64,000 bases of DNA from assembly GCA_965219085.1 (NCBI GenBank), contig OZ244720.1:2208001-2272000 (forward strand), written 5' to 3'. Under the pieces are notes generated by a model. The model was not told the origin of the DNA. It saw only the letters and a program-made list of their open reading frames with translations, and made no database searches. The position numbers and the translations under genes are program-made. This DNA is from Dehalococcoidia bacterium (GTDB lineage Bacteria; Chloroflexota; Dehalococcoidia; UBA2979). This document shows positions 10,568-20,544 of the stretch, piece by piece. The first letter of the stretch is position 1. Each line of letters starts with the position of its first letter.

Positions 10568-11911
10568 ATGAAGTTCCCGCGGACGCCTCCATCGATCCCG
10601 GGCCTGCTGGCCCGGTTCGCCGACAGTACGGACGATCTACTCACGCTGTTCGGCCCAGGCCAGCCCGTCGACAGCCGAGGCCGCTACCTGCACTGGGACG
10701 AGCTACGCCGGCGCACCCCGCCGGCGGGCCTGACGCACGAGATGTGGTGGCTCCGCACCGCTGTTGCGCGGCGGACGATGGCGCGCGTCCTCCCGTTCTC
10801 GGACGTCGACGCCCGGCCGTTCACGTTCTGCAACATCGACCGGATCCAGGAGCTTGTGCACGGCATCGACCAGCAGGCGAGCGGTCAGATCGTCACTGAC
10901 GAGGTGGTCATGAACCTGCAGTCGAGCGACCGCTACCTCGTGAGCTCGCTCCACGAGGAGGCCATCACGTCGAGCCAGCTCGAGGGCGCGAGCACGACGC
11001 GGAGCGTCGCTAAGGAGATGCTGCAGAGCGGACGCCAACCGCGCGACCGCAGCGAGCAGATGATCCTGAACAACTTCCACGCCATGCAGGCCGCAGCCGC
11101 CCTTGCGGCGCGCGGTGGTCCGCTCACGCCCGGCGACGTCCTCGACCTCCATCGCACCGTCACGCACGACACGCTCGACCACGAGCCCGACGCGGGACGG
11201 CTGCAGGGACCGGACGACGAGCGCATCGCCGTCGTGTGGCAGGACGGCACGGTGCTCCACTGGCCGCCGCCGGCCGAGGAGCTGCCCGGCCGCCTCGAGC
11301 TGCTGTGCGAGTTCGCCAACGGGCTGAGCGGCGAGGGGTTCATCCACCCCGTGGTGCGCGCGATCCTGCTGCACTTCGCGCTCGCGTATGACCACCCGTT
11401 CGCCGACGGCAACGGGCGGACTGCGCGCGCGCTCTTCTACTGGTCGATGCTGCGCTCGGGCTACTGGCTCACGCAGTACCTCACGATCTCGAGCATCCTG
11501 CGCGGCGCGCCTACCCAGTACGCGCGGTCCTACCTGCACGTCGAGACCGACAGCGGCGACGTCACGTACTTCGTGCTGCACCAGCTCCACGTCATCGAGC
11601 GGGCGATCGCGAGCCTCGGCGAATACCTCGCGCGGAAGATGGACGAGCAGCAACGGGCCGAGCGGCTGCTGCGCGACCGCCACGACCTGAACCACCGCCA
11701 GCACGTGCTGATCAGCGACGCGCTGCGCAACCCCGATGCGTGGTTCACGATCCAGGCGCACGAGCGGCGGCACCGCGTCGCCTACGCGACGGCGCGCGCG
11801 GACCTGCTCGGCCTTGAGACGGCCGGGCTCTTCGCACGGCAGCTCGTCGGCAAACAGTTCGTGTTCCGGCCCTCCGGGGACCTCGCGGCGCAGCTCGACG
11901 GCGACGATTGA
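10568..11911 (+). CDS. Fic family protein with C-terminal winged-helix-like region
   Basis: Fic motif HPFADGNGRTAR; inhibitory-type motif SSQLEG; C-terminal YATARADLLGL. Confidence 0.92.
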   Translation: MKFPRTPPSIPGLLARFADSTDDLLTLFGPGQPVDSRGRYLHWDELRRRTPPAGLTHEMWWLRTAVARRTMARVLPFSDVDARPFTFCNIDRIQELVHGIDQQASGQIVTDEVVMNLQSSDRYLVSSLHEEAITSSQLEGASTTRSVAKEMLQSGRQPRDRSEQMILNNFHAMQAAAALAARGGPLTPGDVLDLHRTVTHDTLDHEPDAGRLQGPDDERIAVVWQDGTVLHWPPPAEELPGRLELLCEFANGLSGEGFIHPVVRAILLHFALAYDHPFADGNGRTARALFYWSMLRSGYWLTQYLTISSILRGAPTQYARSYLHVETDSGDVTYFVLHQLHVIERAIASLGEYLARKMDEQQRAERLLRDRHDLNHRQHVLISDALRNPDAWFTIQAHERRHRVAYATARADLLGLETAGLFARQLVGKQFVFRPSGDLAAQLDGDD

Positions 11912-12014
11912 CGGCCCGCCGGGCACGGGCGGGACGCCGGGCCGTGCAAGGCGGGCGCGAGGCTTCTATCGTTACGGCGCGCGACCGGGCGGGCCGCGCA
12001 AGGGGGGCCTCGAT

Positions 12015-14528
12015 ATGACCGGGCTGATGCCGCTTGACGACGTGCGTGTGATCGACCTCACCCACACCAGCGCGGGACCGTACTGCACCCGCATCCTCGG
12101 CGACTACGGCGCCGACGTGATCAAGGTCGAACGGCCCGGCGGTGATCCGGCGCGCGGGCTCCCGCCCTTCCCGGACGACGAGCCCCATCCGGAGCGGTCG
12201 GGCACGTTCCTGTTCCTCAACACCAACAAGCGCAGCGTCGTGCTCGACCTCAAGACCGACGAGGGGCGCGACACGCTGCTACGCCTCGTCGCCGGCGCCG
12301 ACGTGGTCGTCGAGAACTTCAAGCCGGGCACGATGGACCGCCTCGGCATCGGCTACGACGTGCTGCGCGGGGTGAACCCGAAGATCGTGCTGACCTCGAT
12401 CTCCAACTTCGGGCAGGACGGGCCGTACCGCGACTACGAGGCCATCGACCTCACGCTGTTCGCAATGGGCGGGGCGATGTTCGCGCAGGGCGACGTCGAC
12501 CATGAGCCGCTGAAGACGGCGGGCCGCATCACGAGCTACCACGGCGGCTACGTCGGCGCCCTCGCGACGGCCGTCGCGCTGCGCGCCGCCGCCGACCGCG
12601 GCGAGGGTGAACACCTCGACATCAGCATCTTCGAGACGGCGACGCACTCGATCGACATCCGGCTCGGGCGCTTGCTGGGGTTCCAGTACTCGGGACGCGT
12701 CGCTCCGCGGGCAGGGCGCACCTCCGGCGTCGGCACGGGCGTCTTCCCGTGCGCCGACGGCTTCTTCCTGTTGACGGGCGGACCAGCCTACATGCCGCGC
12801 ATGCTGCGCATGGTCGGCCGCGAGGACCTCCTCGAACACCCCGATTGGTCGACGCCCGCGGCGCTGGCCGCGCCCGAGCGCATCGAGGAGTTCATCCCGA
12901 TCCTGCTGCCGTGGGTGATCGAGCGCACGCGCGCCGAGGTCCGCGATGCCTGCCAGGAGGCGGGCGTCCTCGGCGGGCCGCTCAACACCATCGCCGACAC
13001 CTTCGAGGACCCCAACTTCACGCACCGCCAGTTCTTCCAGAGCATCGACCACCCGGAGACCGGCCCGCTCACCTACCCCGGCTTCCACGCCCGTCTCCAC
13101 CGCGAGGACGAGCCGATGCCGGAGCGTCGGCGCGCCCCGCTGCTCGGCGAGCACACCGAGGAGGTGCTGGCGGAACTCGAGACGTCGGCGCCCGCCGCGG
13201 CTTCGACGCCGCGCGTGTCGTCGTCCCAGAAGCGGCTGCCGCTCGAGGGGATGCGCATCCTCGACTTCACGGTGGTGTGGGCCGGGCCGTACTCGACGAT
13301 GCAGCTCGCCGACTGGGGCGCCGAGGTGATCCGCGTCGAGTCGATCATGCACCTCGCGCCCGCGACCCGAGGGCAGCTGGCGCGGCCGCCGCGCGACGCG
13401 GTGATCGCGCAGGGCAACGGCGGCATGGGCTTCCCCGACAACGACGCGGGCCCGCGCCCGTGGAACATGGCAGCCGCCTTCAACTGCCACGCCCGCAACA
13501 AGCTCTCGATGACCGTCGACATCACGCGGCCCGAGGGGCAGGAGGTGCTCGACCGCCTGCTCGCGATCTCGGACGGCGTGATCGAGAACAACCTGCCGCC
13601 CAACATCGAGAAGCAGGGCGTCACCTGGGAGCGGCTGTCGAGCGTGAACCCGAACCTCGTGATGCTGCGCATCCCCGGCTTCGGCATCGACGGCCCTTAC
13701 CGTGGCTACCGCACGATGGGCCACCACATGGAGGCGCTGTCCGGACACCCGGCGATCCGCAGCTACCCCGGCCTGAGCCTGGAGTACGCACCGACCGCCG
13801 TGCCGTCCGACGCCGCCTCGGGCATCGGCTCCGCGCTCGCCTTCCTCATGGGCATCCGCTACCGCGAACGCACCGGGCGAGGGCTCATGGTCGAGCTCGC
13901 CACGGCCGAGAACTTCATGCCGATGCTCGGCGAGTTCGTGCTCGACTACTCGATGAACGGCCGCCTCTGGGACCGCATGGGCAACGACCACTGGTGGCTG
14001 GCCCCGCACAACGTCTACCGCACGTACGGCGAAGACGCGTGGGTGACCATCGCCGTCCGCAACGAGGACGAGTGGCGGCGGCTCTGCGACGTGATGCGCC
14101 GCGACGACCTGGTCGCCGACCCGCGCTTCGCCGACATGGCGAGCCGTCACGCCAACCGCCGCGAGCTCGACGCCGAGATCTCCGCGTGGACCTCGAACAT
14201 CGACGCGCACTGGGTGATGCAGCGGCTGCAGCAGGTGGGGGTCCCCGCGGGCGTGGTGATGGACGAGGCTATTGCGTTCGAGGACCGCCAGCACGCTGCG
14301 CGCGGCTTCTTCCAGCAGATCGCGCACCCCGACGCGGGGACGCACATGAACGTCGGCCGCGCGTGGCGCGCGAGCGGCGCGCCGATGACGCCCGCCCGGC
14401 ACGCGCCGTTGCTCGGCCAGGACAACGAATACGTCTACCGTGAGCTGCTCGGCTTCACGGACGAGGAGTACGCGCGGTTCGAGGAGCTGAACCACATCGG
14501 GACGGAGTACCACCCCTCGATCCCGTGA
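12015..14528 (+). CDS. Fused two-domain class III (CaiB/BaiF) CoA transferase
   Basis: Two repeats of PL.G/D.R..D...AGP..T..L.D.GA.VI.VE, NK.S and APLLG; start ATG 12015. Confidence 0.9.
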   Translation: MTGLMPLDDVRVIDLTHTSAGPYCTRILGDYGADVIKVERPGGDPARGLPPFPDDEPHPERSGTFLFLNTNKRSVVLDLKTDEGRDTLLRLVAGADVVVENFKPGTMDRLGIGYDVLRGVNPKIVLTSISNFGQDGPYRDYEAIDLTLFAMGGAMFAQGDVDHEPLKTAGRITSYHGGYVGALATAVALRAAADRGEGEHLDISIFETATHSIDIRLGRLLGFQYSGRVAPRAGRTSGVGTGVFPCADGFFLLTGGPAYMPRMLRMVGREDLLEHPDWSTPAALAAPERIEEFIPILLPWVIERTRAEVRDACQEAGVLGGPLNTIADTFEDPNFTHRQFFQSIDHPETGPLTYPGFHARLHREDEPMPERRRAPLLGEHTEEVLAELETSAPAAASTPRVSSSQKRLPLEGMRILDFTVVWAGPYSTMQLADWGAEVIRVESIMHLAPATRGQLARPPRDAVIAQGNGGMGFPDNDAGPRPWNMAAAFNCHARNKLSMTVDITRPEGQEVLDRLLAISDGVIENNLPPNIEKQGVTWERLSSVNPNLVMLRIPGFGIDGPYRGYRTMGHHMEALSGHPAIRSYPGLSLEYAPTAVPSDAASGIGSALAFLMGIRYRERTGRGLMVELATAENFMPMLGEFVLDYSMNGRLWDRMGNDHWWLAPHNVYRTYGEDAWVTIAVRNEDEWRRLCDVMRRDDLVADPRFADMASRHANRRELDAEISAWTSNIDAHWVMQRLQQVGVPAGVVMDEAIAFEDRQHAARGFFQQIAHPDAGTHMNVGRAWRASGAPMTPARHAPLLGQDNEYVYRELLGFTDEEYARFEELNHIGTEYHPSIP

Positions 14529-14603
14529 CCGGCCGGCGCCCCAACGGGTGCGGCGAATCGCTCGTTCGTGCCGTAGAGTGGCGGCGCGCGCGAGAGGAGC
14601 GAG

Positions 14604-15296
14604 ATGGCCCAGCAGTCGCAGCCACGGCTGTTCATCGAGTCGTGTTACGCGCCCGATCAGCTCCAGACCGCGACGCAGGGACGGCGGCTCGCGGGCTATG
14701 TCGTGGACTCGATCATCGTATTGCTTACGTTCGGCTTCGGGTGGTTGGTGTGGCTCTTGCTCGTCGCGCCAAGGGGACAGTCGCCCGGCAAGCAGCTGCT
14801 CGGCATGTACATCGTGCGCGCGGACGGCACCCGCGCTGGCGGCGCGTACACGTGGGTCCGCGAACTGATCGTCAAGGTCCTGCTCTTCGGCGGCGTCTTC
14901 GCCGTCCTCGGCGCCGCCACGGGCGGCTTCGGGCAACTGCTGTGGGTGGTGCCGGCGCTGTGGTGCGTCTGGGACGCCCAGCGGCAGTGTCTCTGGGACA
15001 AGGTGGCCTCGACGTACATCGCGCACTCGCCACAGGGTTTCCGCCCGTTCACCGCCAATGAGATGCGCGTGCGAGGTGAGCAACCACCGGCGGCGGACGG
15101 GATCCCGACGGGCCGCGTCGAGCCCTCGGCGCCGCCTCCGCCGTCGGGACTGATGGACTACCCGCGCGACGCCGCGTCGATCCGGGAGCAGTCGACCGCG
15201 GACCGCTTGCGCGAGCTACAGCGTCTCCACAGCGAAGGCTCAATCACCGACGAGCAGTATGAGGAGCAGCGCGCGCAGATCATGGACCAGTTGTAG
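14604..15296 (+). CDS. RDD family membrane protein with C-terminal SHOCT domain
   Basis: RRLAGYVVD, GQSPGKQLLG, QCLWDKVAST; tail LRELQRLHSEGSITDEQYEEQRAQI. Confidence 0.85.
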   Translation: MAQQSQPRLFIESCYAPDQLQTATQGRRLAGYVVDSIIVLLTFGFGWLVWLLLVAPRGQSPGKQLLGMYIVRADGTRAGGAYTWVRELIVKVLLFGGVFAVLGAATGGFGQLLWVVPALWCVWDAQRQCLWDKVASTYIAHSPQGFRPFTANEMRVRGEQPPAADGIPTGRVEPSAPPPPSGLMDYPRDAASIREQSTADRLRELQRLHSEGSITDEQYEEQRAQIMDQL

Positions 15297-15328
15297 CGGC
15301 AGCTACCGCGCCTCCGTTCACCCCAGCA

Positions 15329-15357
15329 TTGACGCATTCACCCCTAGACTGTACGCT
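15329..15357 (+). promoter_or_regulatory. Sigma70-type promoter of higBA (leaderless)
   Basis: TTGACG-17 nt-TACGCT, ending 6 nt before the GTG start at 15364. Confidence 0.65.
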
Positions 15358-15363
15358 ACCTGA

Positions 15364-15657
15364 GTGGAGATTCGCTTCCGTACCCGGCGGTTGCAGCGAG
15401 CCTTCGAGCAGCCGAATCGCGCAGTCCGCGAGTGGGGCGCGGTCACTGGGCAGCGATACATCGACCGGGTGGAGACGCTGGAGACCACCGAGCGCGTGCA
15501 GGACCTGTTCGCGATCCGGCCGCTGGACTTTCACCCACTGACCGGCGATCGGCGCGGTCAGTATGCGCTACGGTTGACTGGACAGATGCGCATGATCGTC
15601 ACGATCGAGGACGGGCGGACGGTCATCGTCGAGGAAGTGGTGGACTACCATGGCTGA
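15364..15657 (+). CDS. higB: HigB-like RelE/ParE toxin
   Basis: MEIRFRTRRL, FHPLTGDRRGQYALRLTGQMRMI, EEVVDYH; precedes the HTH antitoxin. Confidence 0.88.
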   Translation: MEIRFRTRRLQRAFEQPNRAVREWGAVTGQRYIDRVETLETTERVQDLFAIRPLDFHPLTGDRRGQYALRLTGQMRMIVTIEDGRTVIVEEVVDYHG

Positions 15658-15949
15658 CGAGACATTCCCCTACGTCGAATCGAGCGTCGCCGTCTCCCAT
15701 CCGGGCTCGCTGCTCGCCGAGGAACTCGAGGTGCGCGGCATGTCACAGCGTGAGCTCGCGCGGCGCATCGGTCGCCCGTTCCAGGTGGTCAACGAGATCG
15801 TACGGGGGCGCAAGGCCATCACCGCCGAGACCGCACTGCAACTCGAAGGCGAGTTCGGGACAAGGGCGTACATCTGGCTCGGCTTGCAGGCCAAGTACGA
15901 CCTCGCGGTCGCTCGCCGCAAGCGTGAGGCGTCCGCACGCGCGTCGTAG
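15650..15949 (+). CDS. higA: HigA antitoxin (XRE HTH)
   Basis: HPGSLLAEEL, MSQRELARRIG, NEIVRGRKAITAETALQL, WLGLQAKYDL. Confidence 0.9.
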   Translation: MADETFPYVESSVAVSHPGSLLAEELEVRGMSQRELARRIGRPFQVVNEIVRGRKAITAETALQLEGEFGTRAYIWLGLQAKYDLAVARRKREASARAS

Positions 15950-16043
15950 CTCTCGTCGCGCCCCCTCGCGCACCTCCCCATCCGCCCTCCGCGTGCCGTA
16001 GCCTGCGCACGGGCGCCGCGGCGCCGCGCGAGGGGAGACCATC

Positions 16044-16781
16044 ATGGGCAGGCTCGAAGGCAAGGTCGCGCTGATCACCGGTGGCGCGCGCGGACAGGGC
16101 GCCGAGGAGGCCCGGCTGTTCGCCAGGGAAGGCGCGGAGGTCGTGCTCACCGACGTGCTCGACGAGGACGGCGAGCGGGTCGCGGCCGAGGTCGGCGGGA
16201 CGTACATCCACCACGATGTCACGAGCGAGGACCAGTGGGCGGCGGTCGTCGCGCGCACGGTCGAGCTGCACGGCGGCCTCGACGTGCTCATCAACAACGC
16301 CGGCATCTACGTCGCCACGCCGCTCATCGGCGGCAATCTCGACGACTACCGGCGCGTGATCGAGGTCAACCAGGTCGGCGTGTTCCTCGGGATGCGCGAC
16401 GCCGCGCCGGCGATGATCCCGCGCGGCGGCGGCTCGATCGTGAACATCTCCTCCGTCGCCGGGCTGCGCGGCGGCGGCGGCGCGTTCGGCTACACGGCGA
16501 GCAAGTGGGCCGTGCGAGGGATGACGAAGGCCGCCGCGGTCGCGCTCGGCCCGCACAACATCCGCGTCAACTCGATCCACCCCGGCCTCATCGACACGGC
16601 GATGCTGCAGCAGCTCCCGAACGTCGAGGCGGGCAACCTGGACCAGATGGTGCAGCGCATCCCGCTCGGCCGCATCGCCGAGGCCGAGGAGGTCGCGAAG
16701 CTCGCGCTGTACCTCGCCTCGGATGACAGCGAGTACAGCACCGGCTCCGAGTTCATCATCGACGGCGGCCTGACGGCCTGA
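16044..16781 (+). CDS. SDR oxidoreductase (3alpha,20beta-HSD-like)
   Basis: TGGARGQG, NNAG, YTASK, IRVNSIHPG, DGG. Confidence 0.92.
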   Translation: MGRLEGKVALITGGARGQGAEEARLFAREGAEVVLTDVLDEDGERVAAEVGGTYIHHDVTSEDQWAAVVARTVELHGGLDVLINNAGIYVATPLIGGNLDDYRRVIEVNQVGVFLGMRDAAPAMIPRGGGSIVNISSVAGLRGGGGAFGYTASKWAVRGMTKAAAVALGPHNIRVNSIHPGLIDTAMLQQLPNVEAGNLDQMVQRIPLGRIAEAEEVAKLALYLASDDSEYSTGSEFIIDGGLTA

Positions 16782-16800
16782 CGCGCGAGGAGGTCGAACA

Positions 16801-17652
16801 ATGGCCGACTACCAGTCCACCGTGCTGCTTGGCGGCCTGCGGTTCAGCGAGGGGCCGCGCTGGCGCGACGGCAAGCTGTGGTTCTCCGACATGTGGGGCT
16901 ACCAGGTGATGACCGTCGACCCCGACGGCAACGCCGAGACCATCGTCGAGGTGCCCGGGCGCCCCTCGGGCCTCGGCTGGCGGCCTGATGGGACGCTGCT
17001 CATCGTCTCGATGCAGGATCGCAAGCTGCTGCGCCACGTCCCGCCGGCTGGCCTCGAGGAGGTCGCGGACCTGTCCTCGGTGGCGACGTGGCACACCAAC
17101 GACATGGTCGTCGACGCGAGGGGGCGCGCCTACGTCGGGAACTTCGGCTCGGACATCCTCGCCGACGGCGCGGTGAGCACCGCCACGATCGCGCTCGTCA
17201 CCGAGGACAACGACGTGCGCATGGCCGCCGACGGCCTCGAGTTCCCCAACGGCACGGTCATCACGCCCGACGGCCGCACGCTGATCGTGGCGGAGAGCCG
17301 CGGGCGTCGCCTCACGGCGTTCGACGTCCACGACGACGGTGGGCTCTCAGGCCGGCGCGTCTTCGCGGACCTCGGCGAGGTGGTGCCGGACGGGATCTGC
17401 CTCGATACCGAGGGCGGGGTGTGGGTCAGCAACCCGCGCGCGCCCGAGTGCGTGCGCGTGCTCGACGGCGGCGAGGTCACAGACCGCGTGACGACCGAGC
17501 ACAACACGTACGCGTGCATGCTCGGCGGCGAGGACGGACGGACGCTCTATATCTGCTCCGCGGACGGCGAGGAGGTGGACCGCGTCGCGGGCCGCTCCTC
17601 GGCCTACATCGAGGTCGTGGAGGTGGCGGCGCCGCACGCCGGGCTGCCGTAG
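16801..17652 (+). CDS. SMP-30/gluconolactonase family protein
   Basis: EGPRW, NDMVVD..GRAY, FPNG, PDGICLD.EGGVWV. Confidence 0.9.
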   Translation: MADYQSTVLLGGLRFSEGPRWRDGKLWFSDMWGYQVMTVDPDGNAETIVEVPGRPSGLGWRPDGTLLIVSMQDRKLLRHVPPAGLEEVADLSSVATWHTNDMVVDARGRAYVGNFGSDILADGAVSTATIALVTEDNDVRMAADGLEFPNGTVITPDGRTLIVAESRGRRLTAFDVHDDGGLSGRRVFADLGEVVPDGICLDTEGGVWVSNPRAPECVRVLDGGEVTDRVTTEHNTYACMLGGEDGRTLYICSADGEEVDRVAGRSSAYIEVVEVAAPHAGLP

Positions 17653-17716
17653 GGGTGACGCGCCGGAGGGCGGCCCCGGCCGCCCTCCAGTACCCGGTGC
17701 GCTGCTGCGCGCGCCG

Positions 17717-19489
17717 CTACTCGTACCAGCCCGAGGCGAAGAGCAAGCCGTCGTAGCGGATGGCCCACGTGTGCTTCGTCTGTACCTGCCCGATGGCGGG
17801 GTTGAGGAAGCGGTAGGTCACCCACCGTCCCAGCTCCGAGGCGTCCGCCAGCACCGGCCCGTAGAAGAACCCGGTGATGTCCGTCCGTGTCGCAGGATCG
17901 CGGAGGTAACCACCGCGACGCCCGGGCACGGTGGGATGCGCGATGACGATGTCGTTCTCGTCGGCGATGAAGACGTACCACTCCCCGTCCACGCTCGCGC
18001 GCGAGTTGTAGTACGCAATCGCCGCTTCGCGTCCGTTCGAGTTGTAGAGGTCGATTGCCTGCTGGACGGCGTGCTTGGTGTAGATGTCCGGCTGGGACGT
18101 CGAGGGCACCAGCGCGGTCACATCCGTGACCTCGTACCAGCCGGAGCCGAACAGCAGGCCGTCGCGGCGGAGCACCCACGAGTGCTTCGTCTCCTCCTGC
18201 CCGCTCGCGGGGTTCAGGTAGACGTAGCTGACCCAGCGGCCGTTCTCGCCCGCCGCCGCCATGACCGGCCCCCACGCGAAGCCGGTCTTGTCGATGCCGA
18301 GGTCGTTGACCAGCGACAGCCCAATGTTCTCCGGGATGGTGGCGTGCGAGACGAAGAGGTTCTCCTCGTCGACGATGAAGACGTACCACTCGCCGTCGAC
18401 GCTCTCCTCGGTGTTGTAGAACGCGATAGTCGCGTCGCGCCCGGTTACGTCGTGGAGGTTGATCGCCTGCTGGACCACGTACTTCGTGTAGGCGTCGACG
18501 TCCTCGCGCGGCGGCTCCACGATCTCTGCCACCTCGGGCGTCTCGTACCAGCCGGAGGTGAAGATCAGGCCGTCGCGTCGCACGGCCCAGATGTGCTTCG
18601 TCTGCTCCAGGCCCGTCGCCGGGTTGAGCAACGTGGCGGTGACCCACCGCCCCTGCGTCGAGGCGGCCGCGAGGATCTCGCCGAAGAAGTACCCGGTCGA
18701 GTCCGAGGCCTCTTCGGGATTGAGCAGGTTGTCTCCGACGAGCTCCGGGCGTGTCGGGTGCGAGATCAGGTTGTGCATCTCGTCCGAGATCACGACGTAC
18801 CACTCCCCGTCGGTGCTCTCGGCGCGGTTGTAGTAGCCGACCGTGGGCTGACGCCCCTCCTCGTCGTAGAAGGCGAGGGCCTGGCGGACCACGTACTTGG
18901 TGTAGGCGTCGGGCTCATCCCTCGCGGGGGCGGCGCCCTCGGCGGCGGCCCCTTCCTCGTCGGCCATCGCGGTGGGCACCGGGAGGACCGGGTTGGAATC
19001 GGCGTCGTCGTCGTACCAGCCGGAGCCGAAGATCTGCCCCTTGTAGCGGATGACCCACACGTTCTTGGTCTGTGCCCGTCCGCTCCGCGCGGGGTTCTTG
19101 TCCTTGTACGTCACCCAGCGTCCGGTCTCGGAGGCCGAGGCGATCACGGGGCCGTAGGGGTAGCCGTTGCTGTCGACCAGCTCCCGGACGTCCTGGCCGA
19201 TGAGGTCCTTCTGGTCCGGGTGCGTCGCCCGGATCGTGTTGTCCTCGCCGATGATGAAGACGAACCACTGGCCATCGACGCCTTCTTCGGTGTTGTAGTA
19301 CCGCAGCGCGCGCGCCTGGCCGTCCGTGTCGTAGCGTTCGATGGCTTGCTGGACGAAGTCCTTCGTGAAGGCGTCCGGGTCGTCCTGCGAGGCCCCGCCC
19401 AGCCCTCCGCAAGCGACGGAGGTGGCCAGCACCAGCGCCGCCACGACCAGCGCAAGGGCCCTGACGATCGGCCTGGCTGGCGCACGCAT
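17717..19489 (-). CDS. Lipoprotein with four tandem single-Cache-like domains
   Basis: Signal peptide ending LATSVAC; four repeats of TK..VQQAI..Y...G.......YN...S.DG.WYVFI...HP...G.WV.Y...NP......K..W....DG..F.SGWY; alternative GTG start at 19513. Confidence 0.8.
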   Translation of the reverse strand: MRAPARPIVRALALVVAALVLATSVACGGLGGASQDDPDAFTKDFVQQAIERYDTDGQARALRYYNTEEGVDGQWFVFIIGEDNTIRATHPDQKDLIGQDVRELVDSNGYPYGPVIASASETGRWVTYKDKNPARSGRAQTKNVWVIRYKGQIFGSGWYDDDADSNPVLPVPTAMADEEGAAAEGAAPARDEPDAYTKYVVRQALAFYDEEGRQPTVGYYNRAESTDGEWYVVISDEMHNLISHPTRPELVGDNLLNPEEASDSTGYFFGEILAAASTQGRWVTATLLNPATGLEQTKHIWAVRRDGLIFTSGWYETPEVAEIVEPPREDVDAYTKYVVQQAINLHDVTGRDATIAFYNTEESVDGEWYVFIVDEENLFVSHATIPENIGLSLVNDLGIDKTGFAWGPVMAAAGENGRWVSYVYLNPASGQEETKHSWVLRRDGLLFGSGWYEVTDVTALVPSTSQPDIYTKHAVQQAIDLYNSNGREAAIAYYNSRASVDGEWYVFIADENDIVIAHPTVPGRRGGYLRDPATRTDITGFFYGPVLADASELGRWVTYRFLNPAIGQVQTKHTWAIRYDGLLFASGWYE

Positions 19490-19682
19490 ACTCTTCACGG
19501 TACTCAAGGTCACCCTGCTCCCCCACTTCCGGCTGTCCCCGCGCACAACCACAGGCTGTTTCCGGCGCCCGCCGCGACGCAGCGCGTACCGAAAGCGAAG
19601 CGCGACCGTCGGGCGAGTATACTCCCGCCGGAGTAGCGCGCCCTCGTGCCACTCAGGGCGTACATGGAACGGGTCAGGTGGA

Positions 19683-20501
19683 ATGGCTGCAACAATCAAT
19701 GCAGACGGGCTGCTGGCGGGCAAGACCGCCATCGTGACCGGCGCCTCGCGCGGCATCGGTGAGGCGATCGCGATTCGCTACGCCATGGAGGGCGCGCGGG
19801 TGGCCGTCGCCGCGAGGACCGTCAACGAGGGCGACCACCGTCTGCTCGCCGGCAGCATCACCGGTGTCGCGGGCCGCATCCGCGACGCAGGCGGCGAGGC
19901 ACTCGCCATCCAGTGCAACCTTGGCGACGCCGAGGACCGCGCCAACCTTGTGGCCACGACCGAGCGCGAGCTCGGCCCCGTCGACATCCTCGTGAACAAC
20001 GGGGCGGTCACGTACTACATCTCCGTCGACGAGTTCCCGGAGAGTCGCTTCAAGATCATGATGGAGGTGCAGGTCTATGCCGCCATGCACCTCGCCCAGC
20101 TCGTGCTGCCCGACATGCGCGAACGCAAGTCCGGTTGGATCGTGAACATGTCGTCCGGGTCGGCCATCCTTCCCGACCTCGACGCCCGCATCAACAACGG
20201 CACGATCTACGGGATGTGCAAGGCGGCGCTGGAGCGCTTCAGCACGGGCCTCGCCACCGAGGCGCGCGACGACGGTATCGCCGTCAACGCGATCCGGCCC
20301 GGCCTGGTCGCCACCCCGGGGGTCGAGTATTTCGGCATGATCACCGACGAGAACAGGGAGATGGTCACCCCGGTCGAGGACGTCGCCGAAGCTTCGCTCC
20401 GGCTCGCCCTCGGCGACCCGTCGACGCTCTCGGGCCGCGTGGTCACCGCCGCCGGGATGCTCGAGGAGTTCGGCCTGACGTCCGCGGACCTCGACCTCTA
20501 G
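19683..20501 (+). CDS. SDR oxidoreductase
   Basis: TGASRGIG, LVNNG, YGMCK, IAVNAIRPG. Confidence 0.88.
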   Translation: MAATINADGLLAGKTAIVTGASRGIGEAIAIRYAMEGARVAVAARTVNEGDHRLLAGSITGVAGRIRDAGGEALAIQCNLGDAEDRANLVATTERELGPVDILVNNGAVTYYISVDEFPESRFKIMMEVQVYAAMHLAQLVLPDMRERKSGWIVNMSSGSAILPDLDARINNGTIYGMCKAALERFSTGLATEARDDGIAVNAIRPGLVATPGVEYFGMITDENREMVTPVEDVAEASLRLALGDPSTLSGRVVTAAGMLEEFGLTSADLDL

Positions 20502-20544
20502 CCACGGCTAGCACAGCCGGGGCTTCGCTCCGAAGAATGGCGCT

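Noticed and set aside
12279-15083. 934-aa minus-strand ORF and similar long antisense ORFs (e.g. 23233-25086, 31603-33771, 43578-45416)
   Set aside because: Shadow frames of well-supported genes on the opposite strand, expected in high-GC DNA; no recognisable motifs.
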